From assembly GCA_043228905.1 (NCBI GenBank), contig JBHGNT010000002.1, positions 6,014,001-6,078,000 on the forward strand: a stretch of DNA of 64,000 nt, given 5' to 3'. Positions within the stretch are counted from its first letter, which is position 1, and every line of letters begins with the position of its first letter. A program made the translations under genes and the position numbers. The notes under the pieces were generated by a model that saw nothing but the letters and a program-made list of their open reading frames with translations, did not search any database and was not told the DNA's origin. Shown here piece after piece: positions 23,760 through 38,149 of this stretch. This DNA comes from Azolla caroliniana. Taxonomy: Eukaryota > Plantae > Polypodiophyta.

Positions 23760-26700
23760 ATGTTCTCTGTTTTACGCTTCCGCAAACACTTACGTTTACA
23801 TGGTATCAGAGCGCGAGGGTTGAGAACCTCTGCTTCAGACATTTACTCTTCAGAAGAAAACCCTAACAGGTCGAAAACAAACACAGTAGAAGACATGGAT
23901 AGAGGCATGGCTACGTCGCTCCCGGTGGAGAAGCTCGACAGGAGCAACTACGCATCCTGGTCTTACAAGATGCACCAGTACCTGCTTGGACATGGGTACT
24001 GGAGTTATGTCGAAGGAGCGAATGATGCGGCGCCCGACTCGGCACACAAGGACTTCCCGGTATGGGAACAAGCGGCAAGCAGGGTGATGTACTGCTTCGC
24101 GTCCAGTGTCGGCGATCAGCTGCTCAGCCACATCCGTGACGCCAAGACACCGAAGGATGCTTGGGGGAACCTGAAAAAGGTTTTCGCCGCAAGCACCACT
24201 GCCTGGAAGCTGCAACTCAGACAGGAGTTGAGCAATGTTTGACAGAAGAACATGTCTGTGGCAGACTACACAGGCCGGATAAAGGAGATCTATGACTCGC
24301 TCGCCTCTATCAATGTTACCGTAGAGGAAGATGAGATGGTGCAGGTATGCCCTGGAGGCCTGGCGTCCAAGTTCGGAGCGTTCCGGACTGCGGTGTGTAC
24401 AAGGGAGAATACCCCCTCATTCTTCGACTTACAGTCGATGCTCCTTGTAGAGGAGAACCACGCCGGTGCATCTACCAGTGCATCCCTGGACAACCGAATG
24501 TTGTACACGGGAACGGATCGGCTCCGTGGGCGTGGTGGAAGAGGTGGGTCGGCACGCAATGGAGGCGGCCGGCAAGAGCAGGAACGGAGGCACTATGAGC
24601 GTGCCGACAGCAGTTCTGGGACTTCCACAAGCAGGGGGAGTCAAGGCGGTGCCGGAAGCCGGCAAGACAAATCCGCTACAGAATGCTGGTACTGTGACAA
24701 AAAAGGCCACAGGGAAAGCAAGCGCTAGAGAAAGCATGCCGATTCGGACAAATCCGGATTCGGCAAGACCGGTAAGGATGGCCCGCAAAACTCGCACTAC
24801 GCAAACGGATCAGGAGGATCCGGAACCGGAAAGGCCGGTAAGGGGCCAGCCTTGGTGATGAATCACAAGGCAAACTCAATGAAGAAGACCACTTCCAAAA
24901 CGGAGGAAGTGTGGTATGTTGATTCTGGCGCGTTGAACCACATGACGAGCCACAAAGAGTGGTTCTCCTTTCTGGAGAAACCGGATCAACCAGGAGTAGT
25001 CGAAACCGGAGACGACACTCCTCACCCAATCGTGCACATCGTAGAAGTCCCTCTAAGCCACGTCGGACAGAAAGGGAAGCTGATGAACGTATTACACATT
25101 CCGACAATCACGAAGAACCTGGTGTCCGTCGGTCAGATTGTCGACTAGGGGATGCAGGTGCGGTTTACGCACCTCAGGTGCTTCATTGAGGATGAGGGCG
25201 AAGTCATTGCGCAAGGGCACAGAGACGGGAGGATGTTTATCCTCAACACCAATGACTTTGGCACCGCTCTGTTCGCGAAACGACAGAAGGTCGAGTCGGA
25301 CATCGACCTGTGGCACAAGCGGATAGGCCACGTCAACTACCGGAGGCTTCAAGACTTGCAAACAAAACAAGTCGTTTTCGGTTTGCCGAAGTTCAACGGC
25401 CGGAGAGCCAAAATTTGTGAAGCCTGCCAACTTGGGAAGCAACACCGGCTTCCATTCCCCACCGAACGGAACCAGAGCCGTAACAAGCTCGATCTCATCC
25501 ATTCTGATGTGTGGGAACCGGCACAAAGTGTAAGCCTTGGCGGGAGCCGATACTTCGTCTCCTTCATCGACGACTATACTCGACATACTTGGATCTACCT
25601 CATTGAGCGGAAGAGCGAAGTCTTCGACTGTTTCCGGAGCCTCCACAAGATGGTGGAACGGGAATCGGAGAGGAAGATCAAATGCCTTCGGTCGGATGGC
25701 GGAAAGGAATATTTTTCCGGCCAATTCACTAGTTATCTGCAGCAGAAGGGAATTCGGTGAGAGTTCAGCTGTAGATACACACCGGAGCAAAACGGTGTGG
25801 CCGAAAGGAAGAACCAGACACTCGTCGAAGCGGCAAGGGCAATGCTGGAGGAAAAGAGCATGCCCCAGTTCTACTTGGCGGAGGCGGTCCAAACGGCCGT
25901 CTACATACAGAACCGCATTGGTGACAAGGTGTCAGCTCATGAGCTGTATTTTAGGCGCAAGCCGAACTTAAGACACCTTCGGATATTCGGCAGCATAGCG
26001 TATGTGCATGTGCCAGATCAGAAGCGGAGAAAGCTGGATGCAAAATCGGAAAAATGCATCCTAGTCGGCTATGCTCAAGAGCAAAAGGGGTATAAGTGCT
26101 ATAACCCCCGGGCGAAGGAAGTCCGAGTTAGCCGGGATGTCGAGTTCGATGAATCGGCATCCTGGTACTCCATACCGACTCCGACTTCCAATCTTGACCC
26201 AATGCCGGAAGATCAGGCTAGTGAGCCTGAATCAGCCCTAGCAGAGGATGATGAAGCCGGGACTCAAGCTGAGGGTCCGGAATCGTTATGGTTGAGTGGA
26301 CCGAACGAGCGACTGAGTCGGTTGGACCAGTCAGATGAAGAGACGGCAAGTGGTGGAGACTCTGTCGTGCTCTCCCCGTGCAAGGAACCAAGGAAACGGT
26401 TCACGCGCAAAGAGAAGGGGAAGAGGAAGATGCCGGAATTCGAAACCGGCAACGAAGAGTCGGATCGGTGCGTATCTGACTCCGGAAAGGAGAAAGGCGG
26501 ATCTTCGGCAACGAAGACCGAACTGGCCAAGAAAGGCCTCAAATCAGGTGACAGTGCATTGCGCCGATCAACTCGCCAGAAGGATCCCGTCATGCGGTAC
26601 GGGTACAATGAATACATGGCGCATCATTATGCATACATGACTAAGGTGACAGAAGTGCGTGAGCCGGAGAGCTACGCAGAAGCGGCAAAGGACGCAAATT

Positions 26701-29338
26701 GGCGTGCCGCTATGGACGAAGAAATGCGGGCACTCGATGCCAACGAAACTTGGGACCTAGTTGATCCTCCCCGTCAGTGTAAACCGATCGGATGCAAGTG
26801 GGTGTACAAGGTCAAGTACAACGCTGACGGTTCTGTTAATCGGTACAAAGCCCGGTTAGTGGCGAAGGGATACGCACAGACCCACGGAATCGACTACGAC
26901 GAGACCTTCGCTCTTGTGGCGAAGATGACGACGGTTCGTGTGGTACTGGTGGTTGCTGCGGCAAGGGGGTGGCATCTTCACCAGATGGATGTGAAGAACG
27001 CCTTCCTTCAAGGAGAGCTTGAAGAAGAAGTCTTTATCACTCAACCCCCCAGATTTCAATCAGAGATGAACAAGTCGGCGGTATGCCAACTGAAGAAGTC
27101 CCTTTACGGCTTGAAGCAAGCCCCCCGAGCTTGGAACGCGAAGATCACACACCGGTTGCGTAAGCTGGGGTTTGCTGTCTCTAAGTCGGACTCTTCGTTG
27201 TTCATCCGGCAAGGCTCTGACGGTCCGGTATGTATACTCTTGTATGTGGATGATTTAGTCATCACCGGACCGGGTCTTCCCGAAATCAACTGCGTCAAGT
27301 CCCAGTTGTCGGACGCATTCGAAATGAAGGACGTGGGGGACCTCCATTATTTTCTTGGGATCGAAGTGATCCGGACCCCCGATGGCATATTGCTCTCACA
27401 ACGACATTACGTGTTGTATATGTTATATAAGTTCGGCATGACGAATTTCCGACCTATCTCCACACCCCTGGACCGGAACTAGAAGCTCTGTGCCAACTCC
27501 GGACCGGCCTGCAATGAGAAATGGTTCCGACAGGTTGTCGGAAGCCTGATATACTTAACCATCACCTGACCCGACATCAGCTATCCGGTCGGCATGGTAA
27601 GTCAGTTCATGCAGAAGCCGACCGTGGAGCACCTTCAGTGCGTGCAACGAATATTACGGTATGTCAACGGCACTAAGGACCGGGGACTGCTATACCGGCG
27701 AGGTATACCCGAAGAGCTTGTCAGTTACACAGATGCTAACTGGGCCGGCGATGCGTCTGATCGCCGCTCCACTTTTGGATACATGTTCTCCATAGGTAGC
27801 GCAGCCGTTGCGTGGAGCAGCAAGAAGCAGCCCACAGTCGCTTTGTCAAGCACTGAGGCTGAGTACCGGGCCGCTACCATTGCCACTTGTGAAGCCATCT
27901 GGCTTCGGTGACTGCTGCGAAACTTGCGGATCGAGGTACCGACCCCAATCCCGATTTACTGCGATAACATGAGCAGCCTGCAGCTTGCCAGGAACCATGT
28001 GTTCCATGCTCGCACAAAGCACATCGAGGTGCACTACCACTTCGTGTGTGAGCGGGTCTTGAGCGGTGAAGTTGACCTACGGTATGTTCATACGGATCGG
28101 CAAGTTGCCGACATCTTCACCAAGCCGCTCGGATCGGACAAGTTGCAGCACTTTACCGACATGCTTGGTATTCAGCATCTCGACGTGCCGCACTTGAGGG
28201 GGAGAAGCAAGGGCAAAGCCTCTATCGAAACGGGCAAAGGCAAAAAAACTGTTGAACGCGTCGGTAAGAGGAGAGCCAGAAGAAGAGGAGACAAGAAGAT
28301 GAAGGAAGCCGAGTCGACGAAGGAAGTTGACACATCCGAACAGGTCGGAGCAAGCGGCTGTGAAGAAGAGTTGTGCACTCTGGAAGAGAAGTGCATGCTG
28401 TGCGGAGGTCATCACGACGGTACTGACCATGATGCGGAGTCGAATGAAGAATTCGATTTCGGTTCACCGGTTGAAGAAGCCGAGGGAAGCATGGAGAAGG
28501 CCAAGACTCGGAAGTGGTCCGATGTGGTGAGAGGCCTGAAGCCGGAAGTCCAATCGGAGTGTATCGATTCAGACAAGAGCTGGAACGAGTCGGAGACAAC
28601 TGACTCGGATCAACAGATGGATCCGGATGAGTCGGATCGACTGAAGGCCATGGGGACACGGACACAGCGGAAGTCGATGCCATCGTGGGAGAACCGACGG
28701 ATCGGCAAGCGCCGAAGTCACAACAACGTGAGTGCTAAGATGGGCCTATTGAGCAGACATGCCAACCGAGATGGTCAAGGCACGCAGAACCAAAGGGGTC
28801 GCGGCAAACGGGACCGGACCGGACGAGGAGCGCGAGCAAGGCGGAGTGACGCTAGGATAAGTCGGTTGGAAGAACCGATTGCCACAGAGGTCGACACTAT
28901 GACCCCACCTCAGGTTGAGCTTGAGGGGGAGTGTTGAGCGGCAAGCTCAACCGGAGCCGGATCGGCTGAATAAGCTGGAGCCGGTAAGCGAGACGGATCG
29001 GGCGAAACGGATCGGTATGACGGTGAGCAACCGAACCGGCAAGCAGTGGAGGCCGGGTGCAATCTGTAACCGGAAGTCCAATCGGAAGCCTAGTACAGGA
29101 TAGACTACTAGGTAGCTATAGTCTCGTAGTAAGTGTCAGATGCTCGTGTGAGCATTGAAGTACATGGTACTTCTGTCAGTCCCAAGAGGACTTGTATAAA
29201 TAGTGCTACTTAGCACAGTGTGTGTACAGAGTCTTGATATAATTTTGAAATTGTGTTCTGCTCTCTCTGTCTCTGTCTCTCTCTCTCTCTCTCTGTGTTG
29301 TTCTCTGTTTTACGCTTCCGCAAACACTTACGTTTACA
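23390..29338 (+). mobile_element. Full-length Ty1/copia element C (few stop codons)
   Basis: LTRs 23390-23800 and 28932-29338; PBS TGGTATCAGAGC at 23801; PPT TTGAGGGGGAG; perfect TSD AGAAG; gag, PR, IN, RT (YVDDL), RNase H (ADIFTKPL). Confidence 0.97.
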
Positions 29339-30223
29339 AGAAGCATATGCCGAAGTTTACTAGGCTAAAGCTGTAAGGATGTCTGTTTACTTATAGAACC
29401 ATACATCTGCTAATGGTGGAGTGTCGCCACATGAGTTGTATTATGACAAGAAGCCGAACTTGGCACACTTGAGGATTTTCGGCAGCATTACGTATGTGCA
29501 TGTGCCAAAGGAGAAGAGGAGGAAGCTGGATGCCAAAGCCGAGAAGTGTATCTTCGTCAACTATTCAGACGAACAGAAGGGTTATAAGTGCTATAACGCC
29601 CAAACGAAGGAAGTTTGCATAAGCCGAGATGTCGTGTTTAAGGAGTTCACTTCGTGGTACTTGCCTTCACCTCCAACATCTCAAGACTCCATTTTGAATT
29701 CTGAAGAGGAGGTCAGTGGGGCTGAGATGCCTCTGCGTGATGAGGATATCAGAGCTTTGACAAAGAGTCCGATATCATTTCGGCTAAGTGGGCCGAATGA
29801 GAAGTTGGGCCGATCTGGCCAACCAAATGAAGAGTTGGCGAAAAGTGGAAACTCAGTCGTGTTGTCCCTGCATAGAGAACCGAGTAGATGGTTTATGCGT
29901 AAAGAGAAAGGGAAAAAGAAACTGTCTGAGTATGATTTTGGCAGTGCCGAGTCAGATTGGAGCGAATTTGACTTCGGGCCAATCAGGAAGGAACCTCCAC
30001 GGAAGGGGTCAAAATCGAACGAAAAGTTTTTGAAATCGGGTAATCATGAATTACGCCGATCTACCCGCCTGAAGAACCCCGTAAATAGCTATGGGTATAA
30101 TGAATACATGGCGCACCATTACGCGTACATGACACGAGTGGTAGAAGTGCGTGAGCGGGAGAGCTACATAGAAGCGGTGAAAGTCGACAATTGGCATGCC
30201 GCGATGGAGGAAGAGATGCGCTC

Positions 30224-33200
30224 TGAGAAACAAATAGTGTGCGGAAGCAATAGAAAACAGGTTTACTGGAGAGCTTTACAATACGCGGGAGAGACAGAGA
30301 GAGAGAACACAGAAACTTAATTCAAAATATTACTTTGTGTGTGTATTGTATGTGTTCAGTGAACACTTTTATATAAGTCCCTACGGACTGACAGAAGTAT
30401 GGTGTACTTCAATGCTCACACGAGCGTCTGACACTAACTACGAGATATTAACTCCCTAGTAGACTAGCTGCTACTTGGCTTCCGGTTACTAATTGATCAA
30501 GCTAACTAGCTCCCTAGCTCATCGGCTCACTTGCTCACTAGCTCATCGATCTAGCTTATCCTTCCGGATGCCGATCCGGCTCAAGCTTATTCAGCTAATC
30601 TGGATCCGGTTGAGCTTGCCACTCAACACTGCCCCTCAAGCTCAACTTGAGGTCAGATCGTAGTGTCAGTCTCCATGGCAGCCTATACTTCCACCCGGCG
30701 CCTTCTTGCATCACTCCGCCTTGCTCGCACTCCTCATCCGGTCTTGTCCCGTTTTCCGTGACCCTTCTGTTTCTATGCATCTTGACCTCCTCGGTCAGCT
30801 TGTCTGCTCAATAGGCCCAAATCAGCTCCCTTGCTGCTATGACTTGGCTGCTACTTGGCTTCCGGTTACTACTTGATTTGGCTAACCAGCTCCCCAGCTC
30901 ACCGGCTCACTTGGTCACCGTCTAACCGATCCGGTTCATCCTTCAGGATGCCGATCCGGATCCGGTTGAGCTTTCCGCTCAACACTCCCCCTCAAGCTCA
31001 ACTTGAGGTTAGATCATAGTGTTACTCTCCATGGCATCTAGTCCTTCCACCTCGCTCCTTGTGGCGTCACTCCGCCTCGCTCGCACTCCTCGTCCGGTTC
31101 GGTCCCGTCTGCCGCGACCCTTCTATTCCTGCACACCTCGACCTCCTCGGTCAGCTTGTCTGCTCAATAGGCCCAATTCATCTCCATTGCTGCTATGACT
31201 TTGGCGCTTCCTATTTCGCCGATTCCTTCGTGTTGGCGTCGACTTTCGCTGCCTTGTCATCCTCTTGGCCTTGAATTGATCCGGTTCTTCCGAATCCGCC
31301 TATTGAACCGAATCGGAGACAGCCGATTCGTTCCAACACTTGTCTGAATTGGTCGCTCCCGATTCGTCTTCCGGTTCCAGGCCCTTCACTACATCGGACC
31401 ATGTCCGGGTCTTGGCCATCTTCTTCCGGTCGGCTCTATCCTTCTTGACTCTACTACCACTGCCGCTTGTTCCGACTTGTTTGGATGTGTCAACTTCCTT
31501 TGTCGACTCAGCTCCTTTCTTCTTCTTGTCTCCCCCTTTGTTGGTTCTTCCCTCACCGGCGCAATCGGTAGTTTATTTGCCTTTGCCCGTTCTCCTCCTC
31601 AAGTGTGGCACGTCGAGATATTGAACACCAAGCATTTCGATGAAGTGTTGCAACTTGTCCGATCAGAACGGTTTGGTGAAGATGTCGGGAACTTGCCGAT
31701 CCGTATGAACATACCGAAGTTCGACTTCATCGCTCAAGACACGCTCACGCACGAAGTGGTAGTGCACTTCTATGTGCTCTGTGCGAGCATGGAATATGGG
31801 GTTCTTGGCGAACTACATGCTGCTTATGTTGTTGCAGTAGATTAGGATCGGGGTCGGCACCTCGATCCGCAGGTGATGCAGTAGTCACCGAAGCCAAATG
31901 GCTTCACAGGTGGTAACGGTAGCGGCCCGGTATTCAACCTCAGTGCTCGAAAGGGCCACTGTTGGCTACTTTTTGCTACTCCATGCAACAATCGCGCTAC
32001 CAAGGTAAAAAATATAGCCGGAGGTGGATCGGTGACCCGATGCATCGCTGGCCCAGTCGGCATCGGTGTAGCCGACTAGCTCTTCAGTTATACCTTGCCG
32101 GTATAACAATCCCCAGTCCTTTGTGCCGCTCACATATCACAAAATTCGATACGCGCACAGAAGGTGCTCCACGGTCAGCTTTTGCATATATTAGCTGATC
32201 ACGCCGACGGGATAACTGATGTCAGGTCGGGTGATTGTCAAATATATGAGGCTTCCGACGATTTTTCAGAAGTGCTTCTCATCACAGGCCGGTCCAGAGT
32301 CGGGACGGTGCTTTTGGTTTCGGTCCAGGGGTGTGGAGATTGGTCGGCATTTCGTCATGCCGAACTTGTACAACATATTCAACACATAGTGTCTTTGTGA
32401 GAGAAATATGCCGTCGGGGCTTCGGATCCCCTTGATCCTGAGGAAATAGTGAAGGTTCCCCAGGTCCTTCATCTCAAATGCTTCCAACAACTGGGACTTG
32501 ACTCGACTGATTTCATCGAGTCCGGGTCCGGTGATGACTAGACCATCAACATACAACAAGATGCAAACCGGATTGTCCGGACCTTGGCGGATGAACAACA
32601 AAGAGTCAGACTTGGAGGCCGCAAACCCCATCTTACGCAACTTGTGCGTGATCTTCGCATTCCAAGCTTGGGGGGTTTACTTTAGGCCATAAAGGGACTT
32701 CTTCAACCAGCATACCGCCGACTTGTTCATCCCTGACTGGAAACCGGGGGGTTGGGTCATAAAGACCTCTTCTTCAAGATCTCCTTGAAGAAATGCATCC
32801 TTCACGTCCATCTGGTGAAAATGCCACTCCCTTGCCGCAGTAACCGCCAACACGACACGAACCATCATCATATTCGCTACCGGAGTGAAGGTCTCGTCGT
32901 AGTCGATTCCGTTGGTCTGCGCGTATCTCTTCGCCACTAATTGGGCCTTGTATCGGTTAACCAATCCGTCAACATTGTACTTTACTTTGTAAACCCAGTT
33001 ACATCCGATCGGGTTAGAGTGTCAGGGAGGGTCAACTAGGTCCCATGTGTCATTGGCATCAAGTGCCCGCATTTCTTCCTCCATAGAGGCACGCCAATTT
33101 GTGTCCTTTGCCGCTTATGTGTAACTTTCCAGCTCACGCACCTTCGCCACCTTGGTCATGTACGCATAGTGATGCGCCATGTACTCATTGTATCCATACC

Positions 33201-36181
33201 GCTTCACAGGTTCCTTTTGGCGGGAAGACCGGCGTAACTCACCATTACCCAGTTTTGGGCCCTTCTTGGCCGGTTCCATCTTCATTCCTGAAGATCCGGC
33301 ATCTTTCTTTCCGGAGTCGGATCCACTCCGATCCAACTCGTCATTGCCGGTTTCGTATCCCGACATCTTCTTCTTCCCCTTCTCTTTGCGCGTGAACCGT
33401 CTCCTCGGTTCCTTGCGCGAGGAAAGCACGGCAAAGTCTCCACTACTCGCCTATTCATCATCCGACTAGTCTGGCAGACCCAGTCGCTCAACCAAAACGA
33501 TTCCAGACTCTCTTCTTGAGTCTCGAACCCTTCGTCTTCTAATTGGACCGGTTCAGGCTAACTAGCCTCCTTCTCCGGTATCAGGCCGGGGTCGGAAGTC
33601 GGTAAGGGATACCATGATGCCATTTCATCAAACTCTACATCTCGGCTAACTCAAACCTGCTTCATCCAGGGGTTATAACACTTGTACCCCTTTTGTTCAT
33701 GCGAGTAGCCAACTAGGATGTATTTCTCTGACTTAGCATCCAACTTCCTTCGCTTGTTATCCGATACATGAACATATGCATTGCTACCCAATATCCAAAG
33801 GTGTCTCAACTTTAGCTTGCGACTTAAATATAGCTCATGCGCGGACACCTTGTCACCGATCCGGTTTTGGATGTAGATGGTCGTCCGGACCGCCTCCGCC
33901 TAGTAGAAATGGGGCATGCTCTTCTCTTCTAGTATTGCCCTTGCCCTGTCAACGATCGACCGGTTTTTTCTCTCGGCCATACCATTTTGCTCCGCTGTGT
34001 ATCTGTAGCTAAACTCTCTCCAAATTCCTTTTTGCTGCAGATAATTGTTGAATTGGCTAGAAAAATATTCTTTTCTGCCATCCGACCGCAAGCACTTGAT
34101 CTTCCTCTCTGTTTCCTGTTCAACCAGGCCTCTGCAGGTTTCGGAAACACTCGAAGACTTCGCTCTTCCACTCAATAAGGTAGATCCAGGTGTGTCGGCT
34201 GTAGTCGTCGATGAAGGAGACGAAATACCGACTCCCGCCAAGAATAATGTTTCGTTTGCAGGTCTTGAAGCCTCCGGTAATTGACGTGGCCGATCCGCTT
34301 GTGCCAAAGATCAATATCCGATTCAATCTTGTCCTTTGGCAAACAAAGCAGTGCTGACGTCATTGGTGTCGAGGGTAAACATCCTCCCGTCTCTGTGCCC
34401 GCGAAAATCTAGGCCTCTTCCTCGATGAAGCACCCGAGGTGCGTAAACCGCACCTGCATTCCCTAGTCGACGATTTGTCCAACTAACACCAGGTTCTTCG
34501 TGATAGTCGGAACGTGTAATACATTCATCAGCTTCCCCCTCTGTCCAACATGGCTCAAAGGGACTTCTCCGATATGCACGATTGGGTGTGGAGTGTCGTC
34601 TCCGGTTTCTCCACAAAAGAGAACCACTCTTTGTGGCTCATCATGTGATTCAATGCACCGGAATCAACATACGACACTTCCTCCGATTTGGAAAGTGCTC
34701 TTCTTCATCGAGTTAGCCTCGTGTTTCATGACCAAGGTTGGCCCTTTACCGGCTTTTCCGGTTTTTGATCCTCCCAATCCTTCTGCGTAGTGCGAGTATT
34801 GCATGTTCTCTCTGCCCGATCCGGATTTGTCTGAATCGGCGCACTTCTTCCAGCACTCACTTTCTCTATGGCTCTTTTTACCACAATACCAGCATTCCGT
34901 GGCGGATTTGTCTTGCTGGCCTCCGACGCCACTTTGACTCCCCCTGGTTGTGGAGGTTCTGGAACTGCTATCGGTACGGTCTCTGTGCGGTCGGTCTTGC
35001 CCTTGCCGGCCGCCTCCATTGTGTGCCAACCTGACTCGTCCACCACACCCACGGCGCCGATCCTTCTCCATGTAGAGCATCCAACTGTCGGTGGGTGCAC
35101 TTGTTGATGCACCGGTGTGGTTTTTCTCTACAAGGAGCATCGACTGTAAGTCGAAAATGACGGTGTATTCGCCCTCGTACATACTGTTGTCCGGAAAGCT
35201 CGAATCTTAGACTCCAGGCCCCCAAGACATACCTGTACCATCTTGGCTTCCTCTACTATGACATTGATAGAGGCAAGCAAGTTACAAATCTCTTTGATTC
35301 GAGCTATGTAATCAACCACCGACATGTCCTTCTGTCGGACATTGCTCAACTCCTGTCGGAGTTGCAGCTTCCGGGTTGTAATGCTTGCGGAGAACACCTT
35401 CTTCAGGTTTCCCCAAGCCTCTTTCGGCGTCTTGGCATCTCGGATGTGGCTCAGCAGTTGGTCTCCGATTCTGGACGCAAAGCAGTACATCACTCTGCTT
35501 GCCGATTGTTCCCACACCGGGAAGTCCTTGTGTGCCGCATCAAGTGTTGTGTCGTTAGCTCCGTCGACATAGCTCCAGTAACCATGCCCAAGTAGGTACT
35601 GGTGCATCTTGTATGACCAAGATGCGTAGTTGGATCTGTCGAGCTTCTCCACCGGGAGCGAGCTAGCCATTCCTCTATCAATTTGTTTTTCTTTTTGTTC
35701 TTTACAAAGGTTGGGTTTTCTTCTTGCGAAAGCGAATGTCGGATGCAGAGGTTCTCAACCCTCGCGCTCTGATACCATGTAGGCACAAATAGTGTGCGGA
35801 AGCAATAGAAAACCGAAAATGGAAAACAGGTTTAATGGAGAGCTTTACAATACGCGGGAGAGACAGAGAGAGAGCATGCAGAAACTTAATTCAAAATATT
35901 ACTCTGTGTGTGTATCGTATGTGTTCAGTGAACACTTTTATACAAGTCCATACGGACTGACAGAAGTATGTTGTACTTCAATGCTCACACGAGCATCTGA
36001 CACTAACTACGAGATATTAACTCCCTAGTAGACTAGCTGCTACTTGGCTTCCGGTTACTACTTGATCAAGCTAACCGGCTCCCCAGCTCACCGGCTCACC
36101 GATCCGGCTCATCCTTCCGGAGCCCGATCCGGCTCAGGCTTATTTAGCCGATCCGGATCCGGTTGAGCTTGCCTCTCAACA
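30224..36181 (-). mobile_element. Ty1/copia element D with duplicated 3' end
   Basis: 5' LTR 35778-36181, PBS ending at 35777, 3' LTR 30224-30628, extra partial LTR about 30846-30984; perfect TSD CGCTC. Confidence 0.94.
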
Positions 36182-38149
36182 CGCTCTTTAATGGACAATG
36201 TGACTTGGAACCTGGTCGACGTACAGAAGGGTGTAAAGCTCATTGGATGTAGATGGGTGTATAAGGTGAAATACTGAAATTCAACATCGACGACTGCATC
36301 AACCGATATAAGGCCCTTTTGGTTGCGAAAGGCTACTCGCAGAAGCACGACTTAGATTAGGACGAGACCTTCGCCCCAATCGCGAAGATGACTACCATGC
36401 AAGTTTTGCTAGCCGTAGTTGTGGCAAAGGGGTGACATCTACATCAGATGGATGTAAAGAATGTGTTCCTGCGAGGTGATCTTGAGGAATAGGTGTACAT
36501 GGTACAACCCCCCGGATTTCTATCCGAATAGAACACTTTGGCAGTCTACCGATTAAAGAAGGCATTATACGAACTTAAGCAAGCCCCGAGAGCTTGGAAC
36601 GCCAAGATTATGCAACGGTTGCGTAGAATGGGGTTTACGACGTCCAAATCGGACTCTTCGTTATTCGTTCAGCAAGGTTGACATGGACCGGTTTGTCTTT
36701 TACTTTATGTTGATGATTTAGTCATCGACATTGCCGACTTGGAATAAATCCGCCGTGTAAAGTCTCAACTTGCGGCATCGTTTGAAATGAAGGATCTTAG
36801 CGATCTTCATTACTTCCTCGGGATCTAATTGATCCGTTCCCCCGAAGGCATATTGATCAGTCAACATCATTACACACTGAATATGCTCTTCAAGTTCAGG
36901 ATGGTAGATTGTAAGCCCATCTTGACCCCTTTGGATAGAAACTTAAAGCTTCGGAAAAGGCGTGTGACCCGACACGGTTTCAACATATTGTCGGAAGCCT
37001 CATTTACTTGACGATCACTCAGCCCGACCTCAACTATCTGGTTGGAATGATCAGTTAATTTATGTCGTAGCCCACGACTCAATACCTTCAGTGCACGCAA
37101 AGGATATTACAATAGGTGAGCGGCACAAAAGACATGGTGTTGTTGTATCGTGCAGACGTAGCCGAGCAATTAGTCTGCTACACGGATGCCAATTGGGCCT
37201 AAAATGCCCACGATCGTAGATCCACGTCCAGATACACATTCTCATTGGGAAGTGTGGCGATCACATCGAGTAGTAAGAAGCAGCCGATAGTAGCGTTGTC
37301 GAGCATAGAGGCCGAATATCGAGGGGCAATTGTCGCTACGTGCGAAGGCATTTGGTTGAAACGGCTATTACGGGATTTGCATGTGGAGATGTCTGATCCA
37401 ACGATGATCTATTACGACAACCTCAGCAGCATCCACCTTGTGAAGAACCCTATGTTCCATGCCCGGACCAAGCACATTGAGGTGCACTATCACTTTCTCC
37501 GTGAGCATGTCCTTTCTGGTCAGGTCGAACTGGCGTATGTTCCGATGGGTCGGCATATTGTTGACATCTTCACCAAGCCCCTTGGTCTCGACAAGTTCCA
37601 ACATTTCTCGGGTAAAGTTGGGTTGCGTAACCTTGACACGCCGAACTTGAGGGGGAGACAGGAACAGGAGCATGAAAGGAGTGGTAGTGACCGCGATTCC
37701 GAATCGGATAAAGAATTTGAATTCGGGCCGGTTGAAGAGGCCGAAGAAGAAGGAAATAGGGGCCGTAATCGGAAGGAAGAGTCGAAGATAGCCGAACAAA
37801 AGGGAAATACAACGAAGAAGGGCGTAAAGATGAAGACCAAGACATGGTCTGATGTTGTCAAGGGCCTAAAGCAAAAGACGAATTGGAGACGGCCAATTCG
37901 GGAGAAAGTGGAATTGAATTGGAAGTGTCCGATTTAATCGAAATGCTTGATTCAGACATTATGAATCGACTGAGGACTAAGCGTAGGAAAGGGCAGCGGA
38001 AGAGGCGCCAACACCACGACAACAAGGGAGCTCAAATAGGCCGCATGAGTAGACAAGCTGACCAGAAGGGTTGAAGCATGCGGAATCGAACGGATCAAGG
38101 AACGCGAACGAGGTGTGAATCCAGGAGAGGCTGGAGCGAAGATCCAGAA

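Larger units (their letters stand above)
21298..38149 (+). mobile_element. Old Ty1/copia element B, host of nested elements C and D; partial 5' LTR, no 3' LTR
   Basis: PBS TGGTATCAGAGC at 21357; gag-PR-IN 21460-23389; resumes 29339-30223 and 36182-38149 (EEMRS|LMDNVTW continuity, RT, RNase H, 3' extension). Confidence 0.88.
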
